The notes under the pieces were generated by a model, which worked only from the letters and a program-made list of their open reading frames with translations, was not told the origin of the DNA and made no database searches. Shown piece after piece: positions 47,217 to 60,605 of a DNA stretch of 64,000 bases. The position numbers and the translations under genes are program-made. Source of the stretch: Sphaerodactylus townsendi (lineage: Eukaryota); assembly GCF_021028975.2 (NCBI RefSeq), contig NC_059430.1, positions 41,850,001 to 41,914,000 of the forward strand, read 5' to 3'. The first letter of the stretch is position 1, and each line of letters starts with the position of its first letter.

Positions 47217-50200
47217 TCAAGGATCATGGCCTGCATAAAACTTGGAGAGGAAATCCTTGGGCTGTGGTGTTTCTGTCTCATGGAAGTATCTCATTATGTG
47301 AGTCCGCTGTTTCCATACATTAATAGTCTCCTGGAGTTCCATTTTCCCCTGTATCAGGTAGAAGAGGAAAGTATTTTAAATGCTCAGGAACATGCTTGAA
47401 CCCATTACTGTAAGACAAGGTAGGAAATGCATGGCTGTTTTATTCAACGTTGGCAATCAAAGTATATTCCACGCAATCAATCAATATACATGACAGTTGG
47501 GGTCCACTGTGAAAACTAGTTTCTTGGAGGTTGTCACACAAAAGATCTCCTATGCCAAGTGTGTTGTTCTCCTCGCACCTCCAAATCAACAAACTGGGCA
47601 AATTTTTCCAAATGTTCTGTCACTTCAGTTTTCAGATGTAGAACATCCATTCCCTTGACATTATATGGGGCATCTGACCCTGTAGTGCTCCTATTTTCTT
47701 AGCAAATTATTTCTGCATCACTCCTCTCCTAGCCAACTCTGCTTTCAGTATCCATCCTCAGCTGTACCAAATTGTAGATTCGTGGCTCTAAGCAAATGAC
47801 AAATACTGTACAAGGCAGGATAAGAGGTCAGGGAGAAGTCAGCATATCCAGAGGAATTCCCAGGTATGCACAACTATGTCACTTAACCATGTGCATGAGG
47901 ATTACTGCAACAGCAGTTTTAGAAACCAGCCAGTTATACTGGCTCCTAAATCAGAAGCAAGCCAAGACTGGCTCCCAGTAGCTCATAAGAACCCAGTGAA
48001 AAGTGTTAGAAGTTGGCAAAGACAGCTGTGGTTTTGCCATTTCTTTCTCTTACCCAGTGGTTCTCAACCTGTGAATCGGGACCCCTTTGGGGGTCAAACG
48101 ACCCTTTCACAGGGGTCACCTAAGACTCTCTGCATCAGTGTTCTCCATCTGTAAAATGGATAAATGTTAGGGTTGGGGGTCACCACAACATGAGGAACTG
48201 TATTAAAGGGTCACAGCATTAGGAAGGTTGAGAACCACTGACATAAAGCCTACTAACAACGGAGAAAAGGGGAATGCTATGCGGACAATGGGGAAGAAAG
48301 AATCAAGGAGAGTTGTGGAGGAGTTGCAAGAAGAGAAATGAAAGGAAGTGAGATGTGAAGTAATTATGGGAGAAGAAGGCAGAATTAAGAGGAAGTAAAG
48401 TAGGTGAGGAAAATTTAAAAAAAATTGGAGAAAGGACCAAGGGCAGCAGTGATCAAAATGGAAAAGAAAGATTGGAATGGGAGGGAAAGGGGGGACTTGG
48501 GAGGAGTGCTGGAAATCAAGTCATATGGGTCTGAAAGTGCAACAAGAAGCCATGGTGTTTTTGTATTAGTTTTTAATTATCTGTCCTCCCTTCTTTTTGA
48601 TACCTGAACATCTGTTTCTGTAGTCAAGACCAATACCTGCTTCATTATATAGCAATGCCAATACTTTTTGTACTGTATACACCACTGAAAAGTGAATTCT
48701 GGAATCCAAAATGGTTTGGCACACCTAATAGGCTTTGAATGAACATTTGATTGTTTATATAAAAAAATAAAGTCTACTGAACAGATAAAAGCACCATACA
48801 TGCAGAAATGCAGAAAACAAAAACCATCTGCACAGGAGAACTTGCAAGGAGGAAAGCATCTCAAAGTCACCCTATACCTCCTGTGGATTTAAGACTGTTA
48901 TTTGTTTTACCTTAATAACTAGCATATCAATGACTCTGGGGTCTGTGACATGGGCATTCTTCAGAAACATCTCCCGGACCTTATCACGCCCTTGTTTCAC
49001 TGTGATGTCCAGCTGGTAGAGGTGCACTAGATCAAGAACAATAACAATCTCTTAAGTATAAAAATGGATATTAGGACACAGGCGCATACGCTACAATGGA
49101 TGGACACTCTCCTAGAAGCAAGTCCCATTGAATGGGACTTACTTCCTAGCACACCTGATTGGATAGCGGCCTGTACTCTGGTACCTCTGCAGAAGAAAGT
49201 TATACTGGATGGATGCTCTGTATACGTTTATGGAAAACTAGCAAAAGGTAACAAGTGATAACTGTCCTTAAGGCAGAAGATCTTAGTGGTTACATAACAC
49301 ATTGTTTTAAGCTTTTATTTGCTCCAATAATGTAACATGACTACTCTGGATTCATTTCCATGTTTCAGTGGGTCATGACACCCCTGCTCTTCCACCTTGG
49401 GGAAGCTATGAGGGCTAAAAGTGTCTAATTTTATTACCTGATAATAATGCATAAAGTAGTCACAATTTTTTGGGTTTGCACACATAAAGGAATGCACTTA
49501 TCCTTTCAGTTTAGACAGAAACAGAAAATTACACACCCAAATGTCTTATGTGCAGTCTACAGATCTTGCTTAAATCCTGATCATTCTTTAAAGGTAAAGG
49601 TTGTCTTCTATGCCAGTGCCAAGTCATTACTGACCCATGAAGGGATGTCACATTATAACGTTTGCTAGGTTTATGGGATGGTTTGCCAATTTGGTCAAAA
49701 GGTAGCTCATATTACACTTCATAACACTATGAGTACTACTTAAGAACAAGAGCTACTCAAGCTTATTATATTAAGAATTTCCATGCTTGCAACAAACTTC
49801 CAAGGCTCCCTACTACACATTTCTGAGGAAGCATAAAAGGGCACAGAATCGTCATGAACTATTCTATATACGGCCAACAAGTAACCAATGCCTTTGGCAT
49901 TATAGTGCACTTCTGATCTGCCTTGTAGTGTTGAACAAATTGCCCATCTCTACAGCAACGATGTCAAAGCAAGAGAACTAATCATGTCTCTCTTCTGAAC
50001 AAACCCAGTGAAGCAAAGGCTACAAACACTGGACAGACTTTTCAGAAGACAGGAATACAAATACCAAAAAGGGGTACAGTTTACTTTATAGCAAGTTTGA
50101 TTCTTCCTCATCTTATGCATAAATTCTAGATGGTTGAGTCATGTATAGGATTAAAAAACCTCTAGTGTTTGGGCTGGAAGGGCAGGCTTGAAGCAGGGAG

Positions 50201-53200
50201 CAGCATCTGAGCTTGTTAGCCAGAGTAAAGGCACCTGCTGCTCTTGAACCATCCCTGCTGAGTCACTGGGCCTTTTTCCTGCAGATAGTCTATTGGGCTG
50301 GCACTTGGGTTCTCAGGCTGCTGGTCTTACAGCAGAGCAGTCTGGAAGAGATTGTACTCTGGGCAGAGTATATTTGAATTAAATCAAATCCATTTAAATC
50401 CATAGTAAGTAGGATTTGATTTAAATCATGGTTTTCTACATAAAGATGTTAATATTTACAACCAAATAAGGGTTTCATTTTTTGAATAACTTTTTAGATT
50501 AGTTTTACAACTATATCCAAAATTACTGATTTAGTTATGCTATTAGAAATACATAGATAATGACATTCTTGCAAGATAAACTATCTCCAGTTTCATTTGG
50601 GCCACCAGGCCTTGCATTTCTTTGCTGCAGTGTTTGCATTTTGCACACATACCTGCCTAACCCATAGGTGGAGGAACTTCATTAATTATTAAATATTAAT
50701 CATTAAATATTCCCAAACTGGGTCTCTTTTATGGCCTGCTGCCACTATAGATTTTCTCTTTCAGGGAGAAGATAACATGTATAACCTCAGGCGACACACA
50801 CAGATCCCAAAACTAGTGGAGACTTCTGCTCAAGGGGGTTTGTAAATATTTGTAAATATTTTTGTAAATTTTGTAAAAGTTTACTGCTTGCCTCTCCTTC
50901 CTCACACTTAGCTCCTTGTGCAGAACTATTCCACTCCAAACAATCTTCTAGTCATTGAACGTTTTTGCAACTTAACACTTAAGAGGTAAGGGGTAAATTC
51001 TAAGTACATAGATTAGCAAAGGAACACTAGGATTAAGGTCTTTTTCTCAACTCTGTATGTTTATTTTATAGCATTTTACTGTGAAGAGGAATGTTATCTT
51101 TGCAGACACAGATTCAGTTTGAGAACTGCGAAACCACACATTAATCTATGATAATATCTTCTAGATGGAAAAATACCCCAAAATAATCTTACAGAAACCT
51201 CTGGAACAGCATGACATTGTTAATGAATTCATGGCATTCGTTTACCTAAAATGTAAACACTACATGAATATACAGTCTCAACTACATAATTAAAAAAATA
51301 ATCCTATTTCATGATGAATAACCTCAAGACTGTAATGTCTCTTAAACCAAAAACTATTTAAACTACCTTAGATTTTTTCCTCAAAAAGCATTTTATTTTA
51401 AAAAATCCAATTTAAATACAAAATAAAATCTGATTTTAAAAAAATCATTGATTTTTAATCCACCTTGACTCTGGGTGTAACAGAAAAAGTGTTCAGCCAG
51501 CACTACTTGGCCTCCACCTGGTTGTTCCAAGGAAGAGACAGCTACTCACAGAGAAGAATGGGATCTCTGGCCTCTTGCAATAGGAGGGTAGGGGTGTGCC
51601 ATTTTTGTTTGTTTTTTAACCAAGTGAGATCTAGGTTTTGTTTGTGTGTGTTTTACTCAGATCTGTAGTCATCCCCACAGGGTCGTCGCTAAGGAAGAGG
51701 CGAGACGCGGAGGTTTCATCTGGTGGAGAGCGCCAGCAGCGGGAGCGCGGGTGTCCGTGTTCCTAGCGACTCTGCCGCGTGCTGGTTCCTGGCACCTTTT
51801 ATTATGATTATAGCGGGGGCGTGTAGAAGGGCGGATCGGGGGGGAAATCCGGGAGAGCGGGGGACTGAGAGATCATCATGTGATGCATGATCTCACCTGG
51901 CTGCTACGTGCGGAGAGGAGCATCAGCGTCTGGGCCTAATCCTCACCTGGGGGCAAGACCATTGTCCCTTGTCTGGGACACCCGGTGGTTGTGAGCCAGG
52001 CAGTTCATGACCCGTGACTCATCGGGGGGTGAGGGTTGGGGGAGCGGTGCGACCAGAAGACCGCAGGAGCGCCGGTGTTCCAGCGCTCTACTTACAGTGC
52101 TGCTGGGTCAGCAGCTCATCCCTACAAGATCCACATAAGAGGTGGGTCTGTATGTTAAATTTGGGTTTGCCTTTATTTTTTTTCCTTTGCCTGCTGGTGG
52201 GAGAGATGTGCTTGGTGTCACAGAATGGGGTGGAGGTGGGGCAGGGATCAGTGGGGCAAGGGAGATATGATGGTGGGAGACGAGCAGGCCAAGTAAGGAG
52301 AAGCAGCAGCAGCAGGCAACTTGTGTTGTCACCCCTTCTTCCAGCCAAAGTGATGCTGATAACCATACCATCAACCCACCACGTTACAAAATCCTGCTGC
52401 TAAATGCTAAGTCAATCACAGGAAAAACAGCAGTCATCCAGGATTTAGTCCTGAATGAGAGGACTGAGCTGGCATGTATCACTGAGACTCAGCTAGGGGA
52501 GGGGCGGTTAACTTCTGAGTGCAGGTGATATATCAGCTTAGGCCTGGCAGGCAGGGAGGCAATGTTGCTGTGGTCTGTAAGGATTCTGTCCTTCAAGTCA
52601 GGTGCTCTGTCCACGAAACTACTTGTTTTGAGGCTGTGTACCTAGAACTGGGATTGAGAGACAGGATTGGGATTCTGTAAGTAGACTGCCCAACCCACTG
52701 CCTACACTGCCTAACAATCTCCCTCCCTGAGCTGACAGAGCTGGTCTCTGGGGTGGTGCTGAGAACTCCCAGGCTGGTTGTCCTGGACGACTTCAACATT
52801 CAGGCTGAGGCTGTCTTGTCAGGTGTGTCTCAGGATTTCACGGCCTCCAAAACCACCACAGGTTTGTCTCAGGTAATAACTGGTCCTACACATTGTGTAG
52901 GTGACACTCTTGGTATTTTGTTCTGAACAGGAAAAAATATGATCTGAGGGTGGAGGAACTTATGATGCTTCCTTTGTAATGAACAGATCACTTCCTGCTT
53001 CAGTTTAGATTTACAGAGATACCAAGATTCTACAGGGATGGAAGATCTATTAAAATGATTTGCTTCCAAAGCCAGATAAATTCTGATGGCTCGAAGGCAG
53101 CGGTTCCTAGCCGAGGGTACACATACCTCCAGGGGTACATGCCAGGACATTTGGGGGTATGTGAAAAAAATTACATAATGGGTTTTCTAATATAGGGTTA

Positions 53201-55430
53201 CAATTTTAGGGAAACAGTTGCCAAGGGGTACACAAGTAAAAAAAGGTTGGGAACCATTGCTTTAAGAGATCTTCCTATTGATAGGGTTGGTGTTCATGTC
53301 AATGGAATGAGAAAATGACCCAGGTAGATGACATGATTGCTCCTAGGCACCCACTCTCAGGTTAAGATAATCCTTTAGTTTACTGAGCCCAGATAGCCTT
53401 TTAGTTTACTAAGAGGCTGCAGGCAAAGGAGATGGCAAGAGCAATAGCAGAGCAAAACTTGGGCTGAATCCAATAGGACAGAGGAGAAAGTTCATTTTTA
53501 AAAGTACTCCATGGCAATGTTGGTATCTACGAAAAAAACTTTTCTACCATTGCATTGCTCAGTGTAAGCTAGCAGAGCAGTTCTGGGTGTTCAGAGGCCT
53601 TATGGGATCCAGCCTGAAGAGGGGGTGGACTGCTTGATGGCTAGCTGTGAATGTTTTGCTCAGCATTTGCAGATAAAACCTCCTTCATTTGTTCTAACCT
53701 ACGTTAGTAGTGACAAGATCAGATGCTGCCAGGGTGCCAACTTGCCCAATTTCATGGCATACTTTTCAGTTCATTCAGTATGAGGATGTGAATAGGATCC
53801 TTGGACATTTGAAGGGTACCACTTTCTTGCATGATCCTTACCCTTCCTGGTTACTTAAATCTTCCAGTGGGACTGGATGAATGGGTTCAAGAGGTAGTTA
53901 ATGCTTCCTGAAGAGGGGATTTCATCCCAGCCTTCAAACAGGCTGTGGTACTTCCACTTCTGACAAGAAAAGTTTCTTCAGACATGTAAGGAGCAAATGC
54001 AAAGTAAAAGAAGCGAAAGGCCTACTGCTGGGTGAAAATGGCGAAATTGTGAAAGGTGACAGACAGAAAGCAAAAAGGCTGTTTTGCCTGTTTTTCCCCC
54101 TGAAGTGAACAGGTCCATCTAGAGATGGTAGCAAAGCACAGCATCCAGGTTGCTTGCTTGACATGGACAGTGAAGTGGTTGAGATATATCAGGCAGAATT
54201 GGAGGAGTACAAATTCCCTGAGCCAGATGTGGGGTCCAAGAGTGATCAAATAACTTTCTGGAGAGCTTGCAGAACCTTTGTCCATCATCTTCAGGATCTC
54301 TTGGAGGATGGGAGATGTTCCACAAGACAAGAGGAGGGTGAATGTTATCCCAATCTTTAAAAAAAGAAAGAAGATGACCCAGGAAAATACAGGCCAATCA
54401 GTCTGACCTCTTTCCCAAGGAAGATATTGGAGCAGATTTTAAATGGTCAATCTGCAAACATCTGAAGGACAACTTGGTGATCTGGGGAAGTCAGAATGAA
54501 TTTGTCCCCAACAGGTCCTGCCACACTAACCTCGTTTCCTTCTTTGATTGAGTGACGAGCTTACTGGATCCTGGGAATGTTGTTGATGTAGTTTACCAAG
54601 ATTTCAGTTTGACCGGGTTCCACATGATGTTCTGATGGCTAAACTGGAGCATTGCAAATTGGATTCTAGCATAGCTAGGTAGCCAGGGAACTGGTTAGAG
54701 AACTGCACCAAGCGAGCAGCTCTCAATGGCATTTAATCTGATGGGAGGGAGGTCTCCAGTGGGGTGCCACAGGGCTTGGTTCTGGGCCTGGTAGTTTTCA
54801 ACATTTTTATAAATTATATGGATGAGGAGTTGGAGGGACTACTCATGTGGATATCACCAAACTGGAGCAGTGAACACCCAGGGAGCTGAATATCCTGGAA
54901 AAGTGACAGGTGTGATCAAGATGCAGTTCAGCAAGTAATAAATGCGAAGTTAGGAATCCACTTTCTCACACTGAACTGTTTTCTACCAGCGACGCGTAAT
55001 ACCATTTTCAGCAACATTTAACATATCCGGTTTAATGCTTTATACTTGCCTATGCTGCTGCTGCTGCTGAACACGGTATGCACGCAGCAGCTGAAAATAA
55101 AATTCAGGCCTTTCTGCATAGAAAGTAACGCTCCCTAAGGCAAACTTTGGAAACAAGGTCCGGTAACTGAAGGGGAACCGGAGCGCAAAAATTGCAATGC
55201 TTCATTCCAGGTCAACCAAACGCAGGGGGGATCCCGAACCTGCACCGCCCCTTTAAGTGACCTTGACGCGAAGGTCGCGTACGTATGCATTTACCTGTAT
55301 TTGGGATTTCTCGGAACCAGGCACGGTACAGTTCTCGCACGCGCCGTTTGGCCTCGTCCAGGTTCCGGCTGAAGATCGGCTTTACCGTCGTCCCAGTAAC
55401 GGTAGCAGCCGCTTTCCCGGCTCCAGCCAT
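47217..55430 (-). CDS. NDUFA6: NADH:ubiquinone oxidoreductase subunit A6 (LYR-motif protein). complement(join(47217..47348,48911..49026,55295..55430)), 127 aa.
   Basis: [30 protein letters not shown]|[39 protein letters not shown]|[43 protein letters not shown]; GT-AG introns, sum 384 nt. Confidence 0.96.
48055..48240 (+). mobile_element. SPIN/URR1-like non-autonomous hAT element
   Basis: TIR CAGTGGTTCTCAACCT; body GACCCCTTTGGGGGTC..GACCCTTTCACAGGGGTC and GGTTGGGGGTCACCACAACATGAGGAACTGTATTAAAGGGTC. No clean TSD. Confidence 0.8.
50364..51467 (-). mobile_element. Internally deleted hAT transposon retaining a BED-finger remnant
   Basis: Perfect 8-bp TSD ACTCTGGG; sub-terminal ATTTAAATC repeats; minus-strand peptide [30 protein letters not shown] at about 50588-50745. 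Confidence 0.8.
51664..52096 (-). mobile_element. Candidate young solo LTR in NDUFA6 intron 1
   Basis: Sharply bounded CpG-rich 433-bp block with TGTA..TACA termini; GC boxes then TATAATCATAATAAAAG on minus. No TSD found. Confidence 0.55.
52390..53935 (+). mobile_element. Degenerate L2-clade LINE ORF2 5' part (APE endonuclease onward), interrupted by a MITE
   Basis: [54 protein letters not shown], and a DPYPSWLLK-like segment. Confidence 0.75.
53098..53259. mobile_element. hAT-type MITE nested in the LINE
   Basis: TIRs CAGCGGTTCCTAGCC / GGTTGGGAACCATTG; internal GGGGTAC repeats. Confidence 0.65.
53960..54950 (+). mobile_element. Degenerate CR1 RT fragment
   Basis: [58 protein letters not shown] across frames. 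Confidence 0.85.
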
Positions 55431-55800
55431 GTTGCCCGCTCCCCTCTGTAGCACTTCCGCCGTTTCCCCCCGGGGGGGCGGAGCTTTTAAGAAGATGCCT
55501 CTCTTATTGGTTTGTTGAAAAGTCATTGACTTATGACTAGCCAACGATTGGCGAAGATGTGTGCAGATGCGGTGGGCATGGTTGTTATTGGCCTTGAAAA
55601 GATTATTGAGGACGCGCTATCTCATTGTAGGTTAATGTTATGTGCTTCCTGTATATTTCCAAATGGGGCAAATAGCGTGTCTGTCCGCGGTCCGTTTGAT
55701 ATCGGGAAAACCACACAGGCTCCGAAGCTGCGCTCGCGTTTCGGTTTTACTAACGAATCACTCAGCCTATTCAGGGCTCGGTAATTACTGGGCAGGTTGG
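55431..55800 (-). promoter_or_regulatory. CpG-island promoter of NDUFA6
   Basis: ETS/GABP CGGAAGTG on minus (~55452), GC box, several CCAAT boxes (ATTGG at ~55506, 55547, 55587). Confidence 0.65.
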
Positions 55801-56210
55801 GGGTGCAGCCTTTGGAGAGTGGGATTTGGGGGAATTTAGGGTAGAGCTTAGTAGGGCATAACGCCATAGCATTTAGTCTCCAAAGTATTTTCTCAAGGGG
55901 AACTGGTCTCAGTAATTCTGAGCGATTGGTAAACTCCACCTGGAGGTTGGCTACTGTACAGTAGTATATGCATATTTGCAAAGCAGTCTTCTTCGTACAT
56001 AATTTTTAAAAGCTAAGGATGGTATACTATAGACTAGAGTATAGAATTATAAAATGAAGGTTAAAACAATCTCTATTTAATGGAGTGACGAATTTGATAT
56101 CTAGATTGGAGTATCTATCTACACAAGAATAGGCTGATTCTTATTCCCAAATAAATCTTATTCCACATACCATCACTTATCTTAATTGTAAGTCATCTCA
56201 TCACATACAC

Positions 56211-56372
56211 CAGTGGTTCTCAACCTTCCTAATGCCGCGACCCTTTAATACAGTTCCTCATGTTGTGGTGACCCCCAACCATAAAATTGGTATATATAAA
56301 ATATAAAAAGACTGTTTTCCAATGGTCTTAGGCAACCCAAAGGGATCACGACCCTCAGGTTGAGAACCACTG
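56211..56372 (-). mobile_element. Second SPIN/URR1-like non-autonomous hAT element
   Basis: TIR CAGTGGTTCTCAACCT; reverse complement of the 48055 element's 3' body, with a different interior. Confidence 0.8.
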
Positions 56373-58249
56373 ACATTATAAATTTAAAATGTTTTATTCT
56401 GTTGCCCTTGTGACCAAATGTGATAGCACGCCATCTTGAATGGCTATCCATTCCAGTTCTGCTGTCCAGTCAATCTTATTTATTTATTTATCAAATTTGA
56501 TATACCGCCCCATCCCCAAAGGTGTACAATCATTAAAACACTGAGCAATAAAATATCACATTAAAATTCCAATTAAAACATCAATACACATAAGATGACA
56601 ACACCAACTTTGGCTCTAAAATCAGTTAATGATTTTGCTTGCACTTCAGAGTACACTCTGTGTCTCTCATGAAGGAACATGATACCTGTTAGACTTGGCA
56701 TCCGTCTTCAAAGGGCAGCCAGAATGCCCAAATACTGAGCTCAAGAGATGAGAATAAGGCATGTGAAACAAGCTACAAGACAGAAGATCAAAGAATACAA
56801 AGAGTTCTTAAACTCTTAAGAACAAAGAATTCTTACATAAAATTGATGATAAAACATGATATTAAACATGATACCACTAGCAACTATTGGTTAAGAGGCA
56901 ATATGGATTAAGAAGCAGTATTGCACATCTAAAATGTGATTTTTTGGTTTAGGAATTTTGCATAATTTTACATATTTGTGAAGTTTTGTTTCTGCTCCAG
57001 CATTTGTCTATTTCTGCTCTAGCTTTTGTCTGTTTTGTTCAGTTCATAGTTTCACAGGGCTTTTGAACACATTGTAAAATCAAGTTACAACTTTTCACTA
57101 AGCAAATATTTCTGTAAGACTGTAGATGCAGTTTCCAAACAAAATGACATCCTAATGATGATAGGCAGGCTCTGATGAAATGACTGGATCTGACCATCTC
57201 TGGATGCCTGTCTGTGCTGGAGACATTGCTTCATATTTCTTCACATGCTACCATCTTACAGTGAGTGTGATTCAATAGATGTGGCCTGTCCCTCTCTTTA
57301 ATGTCTATCTTCCTACATCACTTTGACCAAGATTTAATGTACATCAGGAGGAATGCAAGCCTCAGCACAAAAACTGGATTGTGAATTAAGACCTGAGGTT
57401 AGGGGAACATGGAGAGATCAGTAATTGAGCAGAGATATTTAAAAAACTTCAACCACACCACATAGTTGAGTACCGCTTATCAGGGAACACCTACCATACA
57501 CCAACCTTGACAGACCAGCTTGTCTCCCCTCCCACCATTATCTTGAACTTGGCACCACCAACAACCACACTTTGAGACTGGCCATCTCACTCTTGTGTGA
57601 AGTGAGGATGTGAGTCAGAATTACAGGGTGTTAAAGATTATGTGAACTGGAAACAGAACATTGTCAACAAGCTTATGTATTAGTTTACGTGCCTGCATAA
57701 AGTGCTGCCAAGTCACAGCCAACTTATGGCAACCCCAGAAAGAGGCTTTCGAGGCCAGTGAGAAGCAGAGGTGGTTTGCCATTGCATTTCTCTGCAGTTT
57801 TCCTTGGTAGTCTCCCTCAAGTACCAATTTCTGCTGCTCGACAAGGTGGGGGAGGGGAATGGGGATGATTTGACATTATGCAGACACATGATGTCACTTC
57901 TGGGATGAAACTAGAAGTAATCATGTTGGTTCAATGGTATTGGATTCACCCAACATTCTATGGTATGGGACATAAAGGGAGAGACTGTCCTGTAGATAGG
58001 TGGGTCTCAGGCCATGACATGCTTTATAGATAATGATCAGCACCTTGAACTGACCCCCAAATTAATCAGCCAAAGATTTTGAATGGGATTTTTTATAGTC
58101 CCACTGAACAAGAGTCTTATGATTGGGAGAAAAAGTGGGCTATAAATATTTTAAAATACAATTGTGATATTCATAACAATTAATTTTGTGAAATAAATTG
58201 TACTTTAACTTGTTAACTTTATTTCTATTTCTTTGAGCCTAATATGTCC

Positions 58250-59100
58250 AATCTGAGAGTGACAGATTACCCACCTAGCAGGGACACCAACCTTGGAACC
58301 TGCAGCAAATTAAGATGCCAATTTTGTCACCATGTACACTGAAACCACACAGTGACAGGACCTAATAACATCAACTGTGCTATTGTGGGCATATCCAGTT
58401 GCTCATTCTCCCATGTGATAGATGCCATTGTGTCAACAATGCTGATGGCGCTCTACTTTTGACAGAGATCAATCACTATACAAAAGAATATATTCAACCT
58501 TAAACACTGCAATATTTAAAAACCAGTGGGTAAATATTTTAATCTTCCAGGTATTCTGTTGCTGATTTAAAGGCCTGAACAAAAATTTTCAAAGGAAGAA
58601 TCCAACAAGAAACTATTAAATCAGGGTTCATTAAAAAGTTCAGTACCATCTCCCTTGCAGGTATGAACGTGAATTTCAGATTTCTCACTCACTTTAGATG
58701 TCACTATTTTAGCATAATCCACACTAGTTTAATGAAATCTCTATATGCTTTTATACTTTTCTACTTGGATCAGCTCCCTGTGCTTCACTCTGAAGTTTCT
58801 TAGATTAGATCTAATGCAGAGTCTGCTGTAAAGGGCTGGGAATGAATCTAAATAAATACATTTAACTTTGCCTATGTGAAATTGGAAGTGGCCCACACCC
58901 ACTATCAGTGGATTGATGACTCTTTGATCTTGAATATTGCATCCTGTTTTATTGACCTTTAAGTTTAAATGTACCTGCCTGGTGAATGTACACTTTGTGC
59001 ATCTAATAAAATGAGCTTTGTGCATCTAATAAAATGAGCTCTGACTCATGAAAGCATATGCTGAAATACATTTTATTATCTTTAAGGTGTCACTGGACCT
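58250..59100 (+). mobile_element. Degenerate Penelope-like element (GIY-YIG region and 3' end)
   Basis: TVTGPNN..SSCSFSHVIDAI(V)CQQC..ALY remnant of the Penelope endonuclease; 3' segment GAGCTCTGACTCATGAAAGC..CTTTAAGGTGTCACTGGAC. Confidence 0.6.
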
Positions 59101-59379
59101 GTTTGACTTTGTGAATTCAGGTGCTAAAGTGCTATATACATGGAGCAGCAGAAAACAATACTGGACAATGACTGACTTAATCCCTTTTAGCCAATATTTC
59201 CACTGGGCTTGATAGAAATTGAATATGGTTTATTTCGGCAGCTTCCCTGGTTTTATCTTCATTGACAAATATATTATAGATCAGCTGGATCCAGTAGTTA
59301 CAAAAACTCCTCCAATGAAGAGTCGGCTGGCAACCTGGACTCCTATTCACAGTCAGTGGTGAAAGTGGTACAGTAATAA

Positions 59380-59950
59380 GGGACTGACAGAATTTGAAAA
59401 AGATAACTTTTACTAGAGCAAATTTATAAATTATGTTTTCAATTTGATACAGAAACAGTTAGGTGCATGGTTAGATGGATGCAAAACGTTGAGGAAGTCC
59501 TTTCAACAATAGGTAGCTTTATGGACAAAAGGGATAAAATTTACAGTCAACCAAACATTAACAGAAAATTGATAGAAGATGCTTTATTAGTGGTATGTCA
59601 CTTCACAGAATATTGAAAAGATGGATAAGAATTGTACAGGAAATGTAAAGAAATAGATGGTTCATTTTACCACATGCAGTGAACGTTTAGAAAAGTTTTG
59701 GATAGAAATTCATGTAGAAATTCAAAAGGATTTTTTAACAAATTAAATTTGCTAGGTATATTCCAAAAATCTCAGAAGAACTGTTTCAGTATTTGATAAC
59801 GGCAACCAGAGTAGTACTTGCAACAAAATGGAAGGCAGAAGAATGTCCAAGCTGAGAGAATTGGAAAAATAAGATAGTGAAAAATACAGTAATGGGAAAA
59901 TTAACAAATGTTGTGAATGTGACCATTCAAAGAATTTCAAAAGAATTTCA
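59380..59950 (+). mobile_element. Old L1-type LINE 3' fragment
   Basis: A-rich strand with KCKEIDGSFYHM (CCHC-knuckle remnant), FWIEIHVEIQK and LATKWKAEECP. Confidence 0.55.
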
Positions 59951-60546
59951 AGAAAAAGGGAAAAAGGGAAAAGAAAGAATAATGTTGAAATTGGAAGGAT
60001 ATCACTGAAATGATATATATACATTATCAATAACCTTCATGATATAGCACTAGCAGCAAAGCCCATTGTGGGGGAGATGCAATGAACCCTAGCAAAGGGT
60101 AGAAGAGGAAACATTTCCCAGTGGGTTTTACTGGGGCTGTGGTGCCCCCCCACCGCTACTCCTGGCATGACCCTTGCCACCTTCCTGGTTTTGTGTGTGT
60201 AGCTGGGGGATGGGAGAGGTTGCACAGGTGAGCTTAGGGTAGGTAGGAAGGTGAGGATGAAGGGAGAGTGGAGAGGAATGGCTTGGGGAGCAGCCGGCAG
60301 GGCGGCAAGGTGAGGCTTGGGGTGGGGGAGAATGGAACAGAATGGCTTGGGGTGGTGAGAGGGTTGAAAGGTGAGGCTTTGGGTGGCTGTTGAGGGGGGG
60401 AGGCAGGGGGCTTCTGCAGCCCATGGAGCAGCGGTACCAAAGTGCCACTGCTCCAGGGAGGCTGCAGACAAAAGTCAGGTGGGGATTGTTGGAGAGGATT
60501 TACAGTTTTCTTTCATCCCTCACATGAAGACTTGCTCAGGGAGACT

Positions 60547-60605
60547 TGCAACTTACCTGTGCTCCAGTCCTTCTGCAACTTACCTGTGCTCCAGTCCTTC
60601 TGCAA
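60547..60605. repeat. 27-bp perfect tandem duplication (TGCAACTTACCTGTGCTCCAGTCCTTC x2)
   Basis: Read directly. Confidence 0.9.

Noticed and set aside
48055-56372. Inversion mediated by the two oppositely oriented SPIN-like copies
   Set aside because: NDUFA6 exons are collinear and the flanks do not show swapped TSDs.
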